Assembly: GCA_938091805.1 (NCBI GenBank)
Contig: CALKGV010000081.1
Coordinates: forward strand, 1-48,461
Source: an uncultured archaeon
Lineage (GTDB): Archaea; Thermoproteota; Bathyarchaeia; Bathyarchaeales; DTEX01
DNA: 48,461 bases
Direction of reading: 5' to 3'
The position numbers were made by a program, and so were the translations under genes. The notes beneath the pieces were generated by a model that was given only the letters and a program-made list of their open reading frames with translations, was not told where the DNA came from and ran no database searches. Numbering within the stretch: the first letter of the stretch is position 1; each line of letters begins with the position of its first letter. Below, one piece after another: positions 28,182 to 37,982 of this stretch.

Positions 28182-29828
28182 TCAGAATTCCGGTTTCTCC
28201 TTACCCTGCTTTCTGTCAAGGCATGATTTGATGAAACCGTAATACTCCGGATCAGGCCTTCCAGGTCTGCTCTTGAACTCACCATGGAACTGCGACGCGA
28301 AGAAGAAGAACTTGTCAGGTAACTCTAGGATTTCCATACGCCTACCATCAGGGCTTTTTCCCGAGAAAACTAGCCCATGCTTCTGAAAGGTATCTATGTA
28401 TTCAGGATTAACTTCGTATCTATGCCTATGCCTCTCGTAAATCTCCGCTGCGCCATAAAGTTTATGGGCTAATGTGCCTTCCTTCACGACTATTTTATGA
28501 GCGCCTAGACGCATCGTGGCACCTTTATATGTCATCCAATGCTGCTCAGGCATTAAATCAATCACCGGATGCTGCGTGTTTTCATCTATCTCCGTGCTGT
28601 TTGCGCCATCCAATCCACAGATGTTTCTTGCAAACTCAACAACTGCCAACTGAAAACCGTAACATATCCCTAGAAATGGAATATTATGCTCCCTTGCAAA
28701 CTGAATTGCCATAATCTTTCCCAAACTGCCCCGTGGCCCAAAGCCGTAGGGAATAAATATGCCATCGTAATTTTTCAGATCACCAATTTTTTTCGGATTC
28801 TCCTCAAACGTTTCAGCCTCAATATAATCTATCAAAACCTGAGCGCCACATGCCGCGCCAGCATGCCTTAACGCCTCATTCATGCTGACGTAGCTATCTG
28901 CTAAGCCTGCGTATTTTCCAACGAGCGCTATCCTCACGGTGTGTTTGCAATTTTCAATAGATTCAATGAATTTTTTCCACCTTTCCATCTCATCAACGTT
29001 AAGGTAATTGAATGTTAAACCTAAACGTCTGCATATGTAGTCGCCCATCCCCTGCTCTTCCAGAATTAATGGCACTTTATATATAGTTGACACGTTGTAG
29101 GAGCAGAAGACAGCATCTTTATGTATGGTTCCGAAAAGCGATATTTTATCAAGAACATCTCTACTTATCATCTTTGCACACCTAGCAACTATTATGTCTG
29201 GCTGGATACCTATTCGGCGCAGCTCATTCACGCTATGCTGCAGAGGCTTTGTTTTCATCTCCGATGTTACATCAAGTATAGGCACTAAGGCCACATGTAT
29301 ATAGAGCGTGTTTTCGTAGCCCTCTTCAAGACGCATTTGCCGAATTGCTTCCAGAAAAGGCAAACCCTCTATGTCGCCTACTGTTCCTCCGCATTCTGTT
29401 AGAACAATATCAGCTCCAGATTTTTCAGCAACTGAGCGTATTCTAAATTTGATTTCATCAGTTACATGCGGAATTATTTGCACGCATTTTCCAAGAAAAT
29501 CTCCTCTCCTCTCCTTTTCAATAACAGCCTGATACACCTGCCCCGTTGTAATATTGTTCTCCTTAGATAGGTTAATGTCGAGAAATCTTTCGTACCAGCC
29601 TAGATCTAAATCTGTTTCGCCACCATCATTGGTGACAAATACTTCACCATGAACATATGGATTCATTGTTCCAGCATCAACGTTTACATAGGGATCCATC
29701 TTAATCGCCGTAACCGAGAAGCCCCTAAACTGGAGCATTTTACCCACAGAAGACGTAACGATACCTTTACCAACGGAGCTTAATACTCCACCTGTGACAA
29801 ATATGTATTTGACCATGCCGCTTCTCAT
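28182..29828 (-). CDS. pyrG: CTP synthase
   Basis: [57 protein letters not shown]. Confidence 0.98.
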   Translation of the reverse strand: MRSGMVKYIFVTGGVLSSVGKGIVTSSVGKMLQFRGFSVTAIKMDPYVNVDAGTMNPYVHGEVFVTNDGGETDLDLGWYERFLDINLSKENNITTGQVYQAVIEKERRGDFLGKCVQIIPHVTDEIKFRIRSVAEKSGADIVLTECGGTVGDIEGLPFLEAIRQMRLEEGYENTLYIHVALVPILDVTSEMKTKPLQHSVNELRRIGIQPDIIVARCAKMISRDVLDKISLFGTIHKDAVFCSYNVSTIYKVPLILEEQGMGDYICRRLGLTFNYLNVDEMERWKKFIESIENCKHTVRIALVGKYAGLADSYVSMNEALRHAGAACGAQVLIDYIEAETFEENPKKIGDLKNYDGIFIPYGFGPRGSLGKIMAIQFAREHNIPFLGICYGFQLAVVEFARNICGLDGANSTEIDENTQHPVIDLMPEQHWMTYKGATMRLGAHKIVVKEGTLAHKLYGAAEIYERHRHRYEVNPEYIDTFQKHGLVFSGKSPDGRRMEILELPDKFFFFASQFHGEFKSRPGRPDPEYYGFIKSCLDRKQGKEKPEF

Positions 29829-29970
29829 CTCACAAACAAAACAATAATTAAAAATTAACCTATTTAAAACTATTAATAATGCTGAAATTAAATGGAAATA
29901 GTAGCGAAAAGTTTTTCTTTAAAGATATCGTTTACCCTATAGATTAATGTTAAAAAGGAGAGTTTAAACC

Positions 29971-30999
29971 ATGAGAGTTGGTGTTCTAACAGGTGGTGGA
30001 GACGCCCCTGGACTAAACGCTGCAATAAGGGCTATAGTGAAAAAATGTGAGAAATATGGCTTCGAGGTTCTAGGCGTTAGGCGGGGCTGGGCCGGCATGT
30101 TGGAAGGTGATGCCGTACCATTAAATTACGAGAATATTAAGGATATAATTTCTAAGGGTGGAACAATAATTAAGACTTCTAGGACCAATCCGCTGAAGCA
30201 ACCGGATGGAATAGCCAAGATATCTGAAAACTTTAAGAATCTAGGACTCGACGCTTTAATAGCGATTGGTGGGGATGACACATTAAGCGTTGCCAAAGCT
30301 CTCAGCGACGCAGGATTAAAAGTTATTGGAATTCCGAAAACAATAGATTATGATGTACCAGGAACAGAGTTCACAATAGGCTTCGATACGGCAATAAATG
30401 AAGCCATGCATCAAATAGAGAACATTAAGGCCACGGCGGACGCTCATGAAAGAGTGTTCGTAGTTGAGATTATGGGCAGACATGCCGGATGGATAGCCTT
30501 ATACTCCGGGCTTGCTGCTGGAGCGGATCTGATTTTAATTCCTGAAGAGCCATTCAGCATAGAAGATGTGGCAAACTTTGTGAGTAGAAAAATTGAAAGC
30601 GGACAGAAAGCCATAGTTATCGTTATAGCAGAGGGCGCACTAATTAAAGGCTATAAGGGACCGGTAACAAAAGACATGAAGGTTGACCAATTTGGCCACG
30701 TATACCTAGGCGGCATAGGCGATTTCTTAGCTAAGGAGATTGAGAAGGCGATAGGGGTTGAAACAAGATCCGTTACACCGGCTCATACAATAAGGGGCGG
30801 ATCACCGACAGCTTTAGATAGATTGATATCCACAAGATATGGACTAGCGGCAGTTGATCTGGTCAAGGAAGGAAAATTCGGCATGATGGTTGCCTTAAAG
30901 GCTGGCAATATCGTTGCTGTTCCGCTATCCGAGGCTACTGGCAAAACTAAGCAGGTTGATTCACAATTATATGAGGAAGCTAAAATATTCTTCGAGTGA
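29971..30999 (+). CDS. pfkA: PfkA-family 6-phosphofructokinase, PPi-type signature
   Basis: GGGDAPGLN, GGDDT, IPKTIDYD, VEIMGRHAGW, IPEEPF. Confidence 0.92.
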   Translation: MRVGVLTGGGDAPGLNAAIRAIVKKCEKYGFEVLGVRRGWAGMLEGDAVPLNYENIKDIISKGGTIIKTSRTNPLKQPDGIAKISENFKNLGLDALIAIGGDDTLSVAKALSDAGLKVIGIPKTIDYDVPGTEFTIGFDTAINEAMHQIENIKATADAHERVFVVEIMGRHAGWIALYSGLAAGADLILIPEEPFSIEDVANFVSRKIESGQKAIVIVIAEGALIKGYKGPVTKDMKVDQFGHVYLGGIGDFLAKEIEKAIGVETRSVTPAHTIRGGSPTALDRLISTRYGLAAVDLVKEGKFGMMVALKAGNIVAVPLSEATGKTKQVDSQLYEEAKIFFE

Positions 31000-31041
31000 T
31001 TCTTAGATCTCCAGGATTTTTCATCTCGTGATTATTTTATT

Positions 31042-32022
31042 TTAGATCCTGATGCTTAAGCCCTGATCCTCAAGGAAATTATTCAGCTCGTCCCTGTATG
31101 GCAGAGCTGTGATTGCACCATGCTTCGTAACTACTAAAGCTCCAACAGCATTAGCCACCGTGACGCATTTTTCTAAATCCCAACCTTTCAGCAACCCAAC
31201 CAGTAAACCAGCGTTCCATCCATCCCCAGCCCCAGTTGTATCTACAGCCTTAACCTTAAAGGCGGGTATGTAAATACGTTTTCCATCCTTAGTTTTCACA
31301 AGAGAACCTTTTTCACCCATCTTCATCCCAACAACTTCAACCCCATGTTTCAGGGCCTTATCAGCAGCCTCATCTGGATTCCGGGTACCAAACATGAACT
31401 CCGATTCTTCGCGTGAAAATGTTGCTATATCTGATAACCTAAGAACTTTTCTATATATCCTTCTTATTGCATTCTCAGATCTCCAAACATCAAGCCTCAA
31501 AGTTGGGTCAAATGATACTTTAACTCCTTCCCTCCTAGCATGGATTATAGCTGAGAATATAGCCCTCCTAGATGGATTTCCAGAAAGGGCGAAGCCTGAA
31601 ACATGAAGGATCCTTGAGGAAGAAATATATCCGTAATCGATATCTTCCGAAGATAAGGTGTCAACCGAAGTTCCCCTAACCCAGGGTGATCTATAAAATA
31701 TGAATGTGCGTTCTCCGGTTTCAGGCTCGTTGGCCACAAAAGCCAAGGTTGTTCTCACATTCTTTTTAATCTTCACTCTCGAAACATCAACGCCATTATT
31801 TTTCAGCTCACTCAATAAAAACTGACCGAAGGGATCATCACCAACAACAGTTATGGCCCCAGCGGCGGATCCTAGTCTAGCAACTCCAACAAGAGTGTTC
31901 ATCGGCGCGCCGCCAAAGCATTTTTTAAAAGTTAAAGCTTCAATGTAGGAGACGGGTTCCGTGGAGACAAAGTCTACCAGAACTTCTCCTATACCTACAA
32001 TTTCAGGATTCATTCCAATCAC
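31042..32022 (-). CDS. PfkB-family sugar kinase
   Basis: GEVLVDF, GGAPMN, SFDPTLR, DTTGAGD. Confidence 0.92.
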   Translation of the reverse strand: MIGMNPEIVGIGEVLVDFVSTEPVSYIEALTFKKCFGGAPMNTLVGVARLGSAAGAITVVGDDPFGQFLLSELKNNGVDVSRVKIKKNVRTTLAFVANEPETGERTFIFYRSPWVRGTSVDTLSSEDIDYGYISSSRILHVSGFALSGNPSRRAIFSAIIHARREGVKVSFDPTLRLDVWRSENAIRRIYRKVLRLSDIATFSREESEFMFGTRNPDEAADKALKHGVEVVGMKMGEKGSLVKTKDGKRIYIPAFKVKAVDTTGAGDGWNAGLLVGLLKGWDLEKCVTVANAVGALVVTKHGAITALPYRDELNNFLEDQGLSIRI

Positions 32023-32027
32023 GCCAA

Positions 32028-33314
32028 CTATTTCTTCCTCCCTAACCTTTCAATGCCATTCATGTATGGTCTTAAAACTTCCGGTATTATGACTGATCCA
32101 TCCTTCTGCTGGTAATGCTCCAAAATAGCTATCATCGTTCGACTGGTCGCTAAAGCCGTGCTGTTCAATGTATGCACAAAACCTTTAGGCGGCTTCCCAG
32201 TTCCCTCTCGATATTTTATGTTCAATCTTCTCGCTTGATAATCTGTACAGTTTGAGTTTGAACCTATCTCCCTAAATTTCCCATCCACCATCCAAACTTC
32301 CGTATCGTATTTTTTGGCTGCGATAGAGCCTATATCACCAGTGCAGACATTAACCACCCGATAGTGTAATCCAAGCATTTGGTACATTTGCTCGCAATTC
32401 CATTGGAGCTCCTCATGAATCTCCCAGGATTGATTCGGCAAGCAGAAAACAAATTGCTCAACCTTGTTAAATTGATGCATTCTGAAGAAGCCCTTAGTAT
32501 ATTTGCCATGAGTTCCAACTTCCCGCCTAAAGTTGGTGCTTATCCCAACAAACTTCAGCGGCAGATCTTTCTTGTCGAGAACCTCATTCATATACATTGC
32601 TGCTATAGGATGCTCGCTTGTGGCAATGAGATATATATCCTCATTCTCAATCTTATACATGACGGACTCGAAATCTGCGATGTCAACGCAGCCCTCATAA
32701 GGCTTTCTGCGAAGCATGAAAGGAGGCTCAATCAATATATACCCACGTTTTCTAAGAAAGTCTATGGCAAACCTCTCTATCGCAAGATCTAATAGGACAA
32801 GCTCCTCCTTCAAATAATAGAAGCCTGACCCTGCAACCTTATTCGCTCTCTCCTCATCAACAAGCCCCAAATCAAGAGCTATCTCTAAATGCCCCTTGGG
32901 TTTAAAATCAAACTTTGGCGGTGAACCCCATCGCCTTATTTCAACATTATCGTTCTCATCGCGACCATAAGGAACCGATTCGTGCAACAGGTTTGGTATA
33001 CGCATGAGAATGCCTATAGATTTTCGCCTATACTCTTCTGTAATATCCTCCATCTCTCTTATTTTATTCTGCAACCTTTCAGCTTCCACTAACATCTGAA
33101 CCACATCTTCCTCCGTCTTCTTTCTTTGAGCAATTTCAAGGCTTAGTTGATTTCGTTTCTTCCTTAGATTATTTAATTCTGTTTGCATTAACCGCCACTG
33201 CCTATCAACCTCTATAAACTCCTCTAGGATTCTAAGTTTTTCCGGATCATTCCTTCTACTGATATTTTCCCTAACAAGATTCGGATTCTCCCTTATCAGC
33301 TTAACATCGATCAT
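32028..33314 (-). CDS. serS: Seryl-tRNA synthetase
   Basis: N-terminal coiled coil, YLIATSEHP, FRREVG, RMHQFNKVEQF, SNSNCTDYQARRL. Confidence 0.97.
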   Translation of the reverse strand: MIDVKLIRENPNLVRENISRRNDPEKLRILEEFIEVDRQWRLMQTELNNLRKKRNQLSLEIAQRKKTEEDVVQMLVEAERLQNKIREMEDITEEYRRKSIGILMRIPNLLHESVPYGRDENDNVEIRRWGSPPKFDFKPKGHLEIALDLGLVDEERANKVAGSGFYYLKEELVLLDLAIERFAIDFLRKRGYILIEPPFMLRRKPYEGCVDIADFESVMYKIENEDIYLIATSEHPIAAMYMNEVLDKKDLPLKFVGISTNFRREVGTHGKYTKGFFRMHQFNKVEQFVFCLPNQSWEIHEELQWNCEQMYQMLGLHYRVVNVCTGDIGSIAAKKYDTEVWMVDGKFREIGSNSNCTDYQARRLNIKYREGTGKPPKGFVHTLNSTALATSRTMIAILEHYQQKDGSVIIPEVLRPYMNGIERLGRKK

Positions 33315-33387
33315 TCATAGCACCAGCGCCTTTTAAAAACCATGAATTTATTCAAATAGGGATTAATATAAAGATGTAGGTCTCTGC

Positions 33388-33457
33388 GATGTTGTCAAGT
33401 TAAGCCCATTTATTTAAATACTCCTTTATAAATACAGTATCTTAACTTGACAGTATC
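33388..33457. mobile_element. MITE A (70 bp, IS6-like ends)
   Basis: TIRs GATGTTGTCAAGTTAAG / CTTAACTTGACAGTATC (15 of 17 match). Direct repeat GTCTCTGC at 33380-33387 and 33458-33465. Confidence 0.8.
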
Positions 33458-33470
33458 GTCTCTGCCTCAG

Positions 33471-33633
33471 GGGCGTGTCCAATAATTACTTAAATTTTGA
33501 TGTTTCTGAACTGTTTTTCCGGATTAAGCTATCCTTCGCCACCATTTACGATCGGCTGAAGAGGCGGAAATACTCTCCCCTTCACTGTTCCAGCATGGAA
33601 AACAATTCTCCACAATAATTATTGGACACGCCC
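33471..33633. mobile_element. MITE B (163 bp)
   Basis: Perfect 18-bp TIR GGGCGTGTCCAATAATTA / TAATTATTGGACACGCCC. Direct repeat TCTGCCTCAG at 33461-33470 and 33634-33643. Confidence 0.88.
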
Positions 33634-33695
33634 TCTGCCTCAGCAAACCTTTAATATTACTCCACAATTAATTTGGGTTGCAGTGGTGTTGAGAA

Positions 33696-34388
33696 ATGTC
33701 GAAAAGCACTAGAGTTAGGGATAAGTGGCGTAGCAAAAAATGGTTCACCGTAGTGACACCGCCATACTTTGGAAGCGTTGAAATAGGAGCTGTACCAGCT
33801 GATGACCCGCAGAAGATTATAGGCAGGGTTATTGAGTCAACGCTTTACGATATAACGGAGGACTTCGCCCATCAATACTTGAAGACTTACTTCCAAGTTG
33901 TTGGGGTAGATGGCAAAAAGGCTTTAACAATCTTTAAGGGGCATGAATATTCCCGTGATTACCTTAGGAGCCTAGTTAGGAGGAGGACAACACGTGTGGA
34001 CGGAATATTCGACGTGGTCACGAAAGATAATTACAAGTTAAGAGTTGCCGCATGCGCCTTCACGAATACGAGGATAAAGACATCCCAGGAGACGGAAATA
34101 CGGGCGATAATGAAGAGAATTATTGAGGAAAAAGCTCAATCACTCAGCTTTGACCAGTTTGTACAAGAAGCCGTATTAGGTAAAATAGCCTCAGACATCT
34201 ATAATGAAACTAAAAAAATAGCGCCCCTACGTCATGTGGGCATAAGGAAGTCTAAAGTGCTTTCAAAGCCGCAAGTTCAGATCGGAACTGAGAAGACAGA
34301 AGGCACCTCCGCCATAATTAATGAGGACGCTGAAGCCTCCTCATCTGAGGAATCGAATGAGGATTTGGAAGACAGCAAGAGCAAGTAA
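33696..34388 (+). CDS. rps3ae: 30S ribosomal protein S3Ae (eS1)
   Basis: RDKWRSKKWF, GRVIESTLYDIT, DYLRSLVRRRT, IRKSKV, acidic tail. Confidence 0.96.
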   Translation: MSKSTRVRDKWRSKKWFTVVTPPYFGSVEIGAVPADDPQKIIGRVIESTLYDITEDFAHQYLKTYFQVVGVDGKKALTIFKGHEYSRDYLRSLVRRRTTRVDGIFDVVTKDNYKLRVAACAFTNTRIKTSQETEIRAIMKRIIEEKAQSLSFDQFVQEAVLGKIASDIYNETKKIAPLRHVGIRKSKVLSKPQVQIGTEKTEGTSAIINEDAEASSSEESNEDLEDSKSK

Positions 34389-34456
34389 TAAACACAAGCG
34401 TATAATTCTGTTCTAGGTCGATTTTAAGAATTTTAAGAGAGTCGCGTAAGCCGAAT

Positions 34457-35089
34457 ATGAACGCAGAATTCTCCGCATCTTCTTTGAGAAGAAGAGTTGC
34501 TAGAGAAGCGGCGCTCCTATTGTATACAATGCAGGAGAAAGAGTTTAAGCAGGCTAAGGAAAGAGCCGCTAAAATTTTAGGCTTAAGAATAATGCCGACT
34601 AATCTTGAAGTTGCTGAAGAACTCGACTCAATCGCAGATGAATATGAGGGATTTGAAAGGAAGAAGAGGTTAATTTATATGCGCAGAGAAGCCTTAAAAA
34701 TAATGAAATCCCTTAGAGAGTTTAATCCGAGACTTATAGGAAGCGTTTGGAGGGGGACCGCGAATAAAAATAGCGACATAGACATAGTTGTTTTCTCCCA
34801 AAACAAGGATTCAGTAATGGATTTTCTTCGTAGAAAAGGCTTTAAAATAGCAAGAACAGAGTATACCCCTGCAACAAAAGAGGGTAGTAATGAAGTTTTA
34901 CATATATTTATAAGCCTTCCATCCGGCGATGAAGCGGAGGTAGTTGTTAAAGACTTAGATGATATACATAGAGAAGAGCGCTGCGAAATTTATGGTGATC
35001 AAAAAAGGGGTTTAAGTATAAACCAGTTAAGTAAGGTTCTTAAAAACAACCCATTACAAAGGTTCCTTCCCGAAAAGAGACGAATTTAA
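34457..35089 (+). CDS. Predicted nucleotidyltransferase (Pol-beta fold)
   Basis: LIGSVWRGTA..SDIDIVV, N-terminal VAREAA.LLY..EFKQAK..AA helical domain, CEIYGD. Confidence 0.82.
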   Translation: MNAEFSASSLRRRVAREAALLLYTMQEKEFKQAKERAAKILGLRIMPTNLEVAEELDSIADEYEGFERKKRLIYMRREALKIMKSLREFNPRLIGSVWRGTANKNSDIDIVVFSQNKDSVMDFLRRKGFKIARTEYTPATKEGSNEVLHIFISLPSGDEAEVVVKDLDDIHREERCEIYGDQKRGLSINQLSKVLKNNPLQRFLPEKRRI

Positions 35090-35170
35090 GAGAGCGATGC
35101 GTCTCCAGCGAAGCAACTGTGAAAATATTCAAAACATTTTAATATATTCTCCAACAGAATATTACTTAAT

Positions 35171-35533
35171 GTGGAGCAGAGAAGAATGGAAATAGGCCGA
35201 GATCGGTTTAGGAAGATGTTCCCCAACTTGGCAAAGGAAATTGAGGGAGAGAAAAATAAGGTAACAATATCTTCAGTGAGGCTGGATTCTGAAGAAGGTG
35301 AAAGAGCTGCATCTAAAAGATTTGATGGATACAATCCAGACGTAGTTGACTTCCTAAGAAGATGCGATACTGAACAGCAGGCTGAAGAAATAATAGCCTA
35401 CTTAGAAAGAAGGGGGGAGATAAGCCAACAATATGCCATAGACCTAAGAAAACAGCTAAAAAACAAGGGCGTCAGAAGCTTCGGTCCAAAGAAGGAGGAC
35501 GCATACTACCTTAGGCAAGCCGGCTTCAAATGA
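35171..35533 (+). CDS. DUF2095-family protein
   Basis: FRKMFPNLAKE, GYNPDVVDFLRRC, LERRGEI, GVRSFGPKKE..YY. Confidence 0.85.
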   Translation: MEQRRMEIGRDRFRKMFPNLAKEIEGEKNKVTISSVRLDSEEGERAASKRFDGYNPDVVDFLRRCDTEQQAEEIIAYLERRGEISQQYAIDLRKQLKNKGVRSFGPKKEDAYYLRQAGFK

Positions 35534-35599
35534 GCTTTTATTAAAGTTATATAGTTCTTATTTATATTCAATAGCCTAGAAGTAGGAGCTGCATCATTA

Positions 35600-37327
35600 A
35601 TGCAAAAGTCAAAAATGCTAGCAACATGCTTGCTTGTCGCACTCCAAACTTTAGCCATAATGTTCTCATCTCCAGTTTTTGTAGATGCGGAGAACGGTTT
35701 CACTCAGTGTTTACCCGTAACTTTTCCGAAAATACACGTAGAGAGGAAGATAAATCTTATTAGCGGCGGATACTTGATGATTAACGATACATTTCTTTTA
35801 ACTCCACACAATTTCAGCGACTCAGCAGCTTCCATAACCAGCTACCTCGTGGGGTTACCTAAAAATTACAGTAGTAACCTAATATATTACTCGGCTAAGA
35901 GCGATGGGGAAAAATTAGCAGTAATGCCCGTAGAGAAAGCTGATGACTTCTTATGGTTAAATATTTCCTTTCCGAAACCGATCGAATTGGTAGATAATGC
36001 AACATACAATTTTACAATCTCATACATGTTTTCCGGCTTGATTACAAGAAAGTCTAACAATCTTTTTCACGTTAATTTCCCATTATATCCGTCTTTAATG
36101 AGCAGCGCTGACCACTGCAACGTAACAGTGATGCTTCCTGTCGCAGCCTCCTCATACCCAAGAGATATTTTATCAAATAAAACTGAGACCCCTACGGTGC
36201 TCTATAATTTCACGAGCCCGCTAGCATCTCACGCGAATATTTCCTCATGGGTTGAGTTTTCAACCTCTACCTTTGAATTGTTTGAACTTAAGGAAATTAG
36301 GAGAGAGATAATGATTGATCAATGGGGCAAAATTACTGTAATAGACTTCTATCAGCTAACAAGCATGGTGAATGTTTATAGAATCACATTTATTTTGCCT
36401 AAAGGTGCAAGCGACATTTCCATCTACGATGCTTATGGCAAGTATGAGCAAAGCCAAATATTTGTAAATAGGGGAAACTATACGGAGGTGGATCTAACTA
36501 CCAGAGATCTTCTAAGAGAAAGTGGCAATGTGAAGTTAGCGATATCATACACATTGCCACTTTGGGAGTACATTACTAAGAGAAGCTGGCAAGATTACAC
36601 TTTAAATATGAACATAACGAAGCCGAATGTGGGAATCATAAGCAAACCAAAAACATGGATTATTAAAAAGATTAAAGTTTCAGTATCACTACCTGAAGGA
36701 GCGACCCCTCAAGGGGAAATTGAAAAGGAATGGTTAAACGTAACAAATCTTCAAAATCTAGATTTCAGCCTAAAATACCAGTATAATGTTCTTTGGGCAG
36801 CCTTCAAACCAACTTTATGGGCTGGATTAGCTATGGGTTTGGCCACTTTAATCTTTTCACTCATTAAATTAATGGGAAAAACTGAGGCGCATGCTGTAAC
36901 CGCTGTTTCTTCAGAAACCATAAGGAAGTTTATTGAATTGCTTGAAGAGAGAAATCGCATAATGTCTGAAATAGAAAACCTAGATCAACAATCCAGAAGA
37001 AGGAAAATATCTAGACGCCACTATAGGCTGCAAAGGAGAACCCTTGAGGAACGCCTATCCATTATTCAAAGGGATTTCTCCAACATAAAAAGAGAGATGG
37101 AATCCTTCGGGGCCAGATATGCCGACATGATGAGACGGTTTGAAACCGCCAGCTTTGACATTGAAACTATGAATAGAAACACAGCCGATGTTGAATCCAA
37201 ATATCAACGTGGCGAAATATCTGCTGAAGCCCGCAAAAAACTGCTCAATGAATACGGGCGGAAGAAGGAAAATGCGGAAAGCATAATCGATGAAATCCTC
37301 TTAAGACTTAAGGAAGAGCTTAGGTGA
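35600..37327 (+). CDS. Ribophorin-I (OST1/RPN1)-like type I membrane protein
   Basis: Signal peptide, two beta-rich luminal domains with RREIMIDQWGKITV, LPKGASDISIYDAYG, ISYTLP and VSLPEGA, many NxS/T sequons, one TM helix, helical cytoplasmic tail. Confidence 0.7.
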   Translation: MQKSKMLATCLLVALQTLAIMFSSPVFVDAENGFTQCLPVTFPKIHVERKINLISGGYLMINDTFLLTPHNFSDSAASITSYLVGLPKNYSSNLIYYSAKSDGEKLAVMPVEKADDFLWLNISFPKPIELVDNATYNFTISYMFSGLITRKSNNLFHVNFPLYPSLMSSADHCNVTVMLPVAASSYPRDILSNKTETPTVLYNFTSPLASHANISSWVEFSTSTFELFELKEIRREIMIDQWGKITVIDFYQLTSMVNVYRITFILPKGASDISIYDAYGKYEQSQIFVNRGNYTEVDLTTRDLLRESGNVKLAISYTLPLWEYITKRSWQDYTLNMNITKPNVGIISKPKTWIIKKIKVSVSLPEGATPQGEIEKEWLNVTNLQNLDFSLKYQYNVLWAAFKPTLWAGLAMGLATLIFSLIKLMGKTEAHAVTAVSSETIRKFIELLEERNRIMSEIENLDQQSRRRKISRRHYRLQRRTLEERLSIIQRDFSNIKREMESFGARYADMMRRFETASFDIETMNRNTADVESKYQRGEISAEARKKLLNEYGRKKENAESIIDEILLRLKEELR

Positions 37328-37716
37328 GCCTCTCCACGGCTGAAGCCGGAAGCTTCCAGCGTTCAGCAGCGGCTTTACGCCTTCACCTTCAGCCTCATCT
37401 GCTCCAAGATTATTCAGAAGTTTTCTCGTTTAGCCTTTTCAACAATGTCTTTGCCGACCCTATGCATTAGCTGCTCCGTTCGGCTCTCTCCCTTTCGCGG
37501 TATTTAGCTTGAAGCATCTGAGACTTTCTACGGTCGCCCCAGAACTCCCTCTGAATCTTCCTAAGCTTCTCAAAATATGCATGGTGTATTCTCGGCAGGT
37601 TGCTTAAATCGTATTTGAACAATTCTCCTTTGCTGGTTGCGCGCGAGACTTCTCTCGTTTGCGTCTATCCCCATGTACCTCCTAGGCTCGATCACCTCGG
37701 CGGTCTTTGAGAAGGC
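37324..37716 (-). mobile_element. TnpB pseudogene fragment plus IS200/IS605 right end
   Basis: AFSKTAEVIEPRRYMGIDANERSL (RuvC-I), KLRKIQ..KYRERE..LMHRVGKDIVEKAK (bridge helix), *IILE (RuvC-II). A deletion then runs to hairpin TTCCGGCTTCAGCCGTGGA and terminal TCAC. Confidence 0.82.
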
Positions 37717-37791
37717 GCATCAGGAACCAAAATCCAAAAAGATTTTATATTAAATAATATTAACTTTTAGAAATTAAGAGGCGACTTAGAT

Positions 37792-37974
37792 ATGGTGAAA
37801 ATAGAGATTGATCTTGAGAAATGCACAGGATGTGGAACATGCGTTGATGTCTGTCCTTCAGGAGTATACGAACTTAGAGATGGAAAATCCGTTGCTGTTA
37901 ATGTTGATGCTTGTCTTCTCTGCAGGGCATGTGAAATGCAGTGTCCAAATAGCGCAATAAAAGTTATCGAGTAA
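37792..37974 (+). CDS. 2x[4Fe-4S] ferredoxin
   Basis: CTGCGTCVDVCP and CLLCRACEMQCP. Confidence 0.95.
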   Translation: MVKIEIDLEKCTGCGTCVDVCPSGVYELRDGKSVAVNVDACLLCRACEMQCPNSAIKVIE

Positions 37975-37982
37975 TTAATGCA

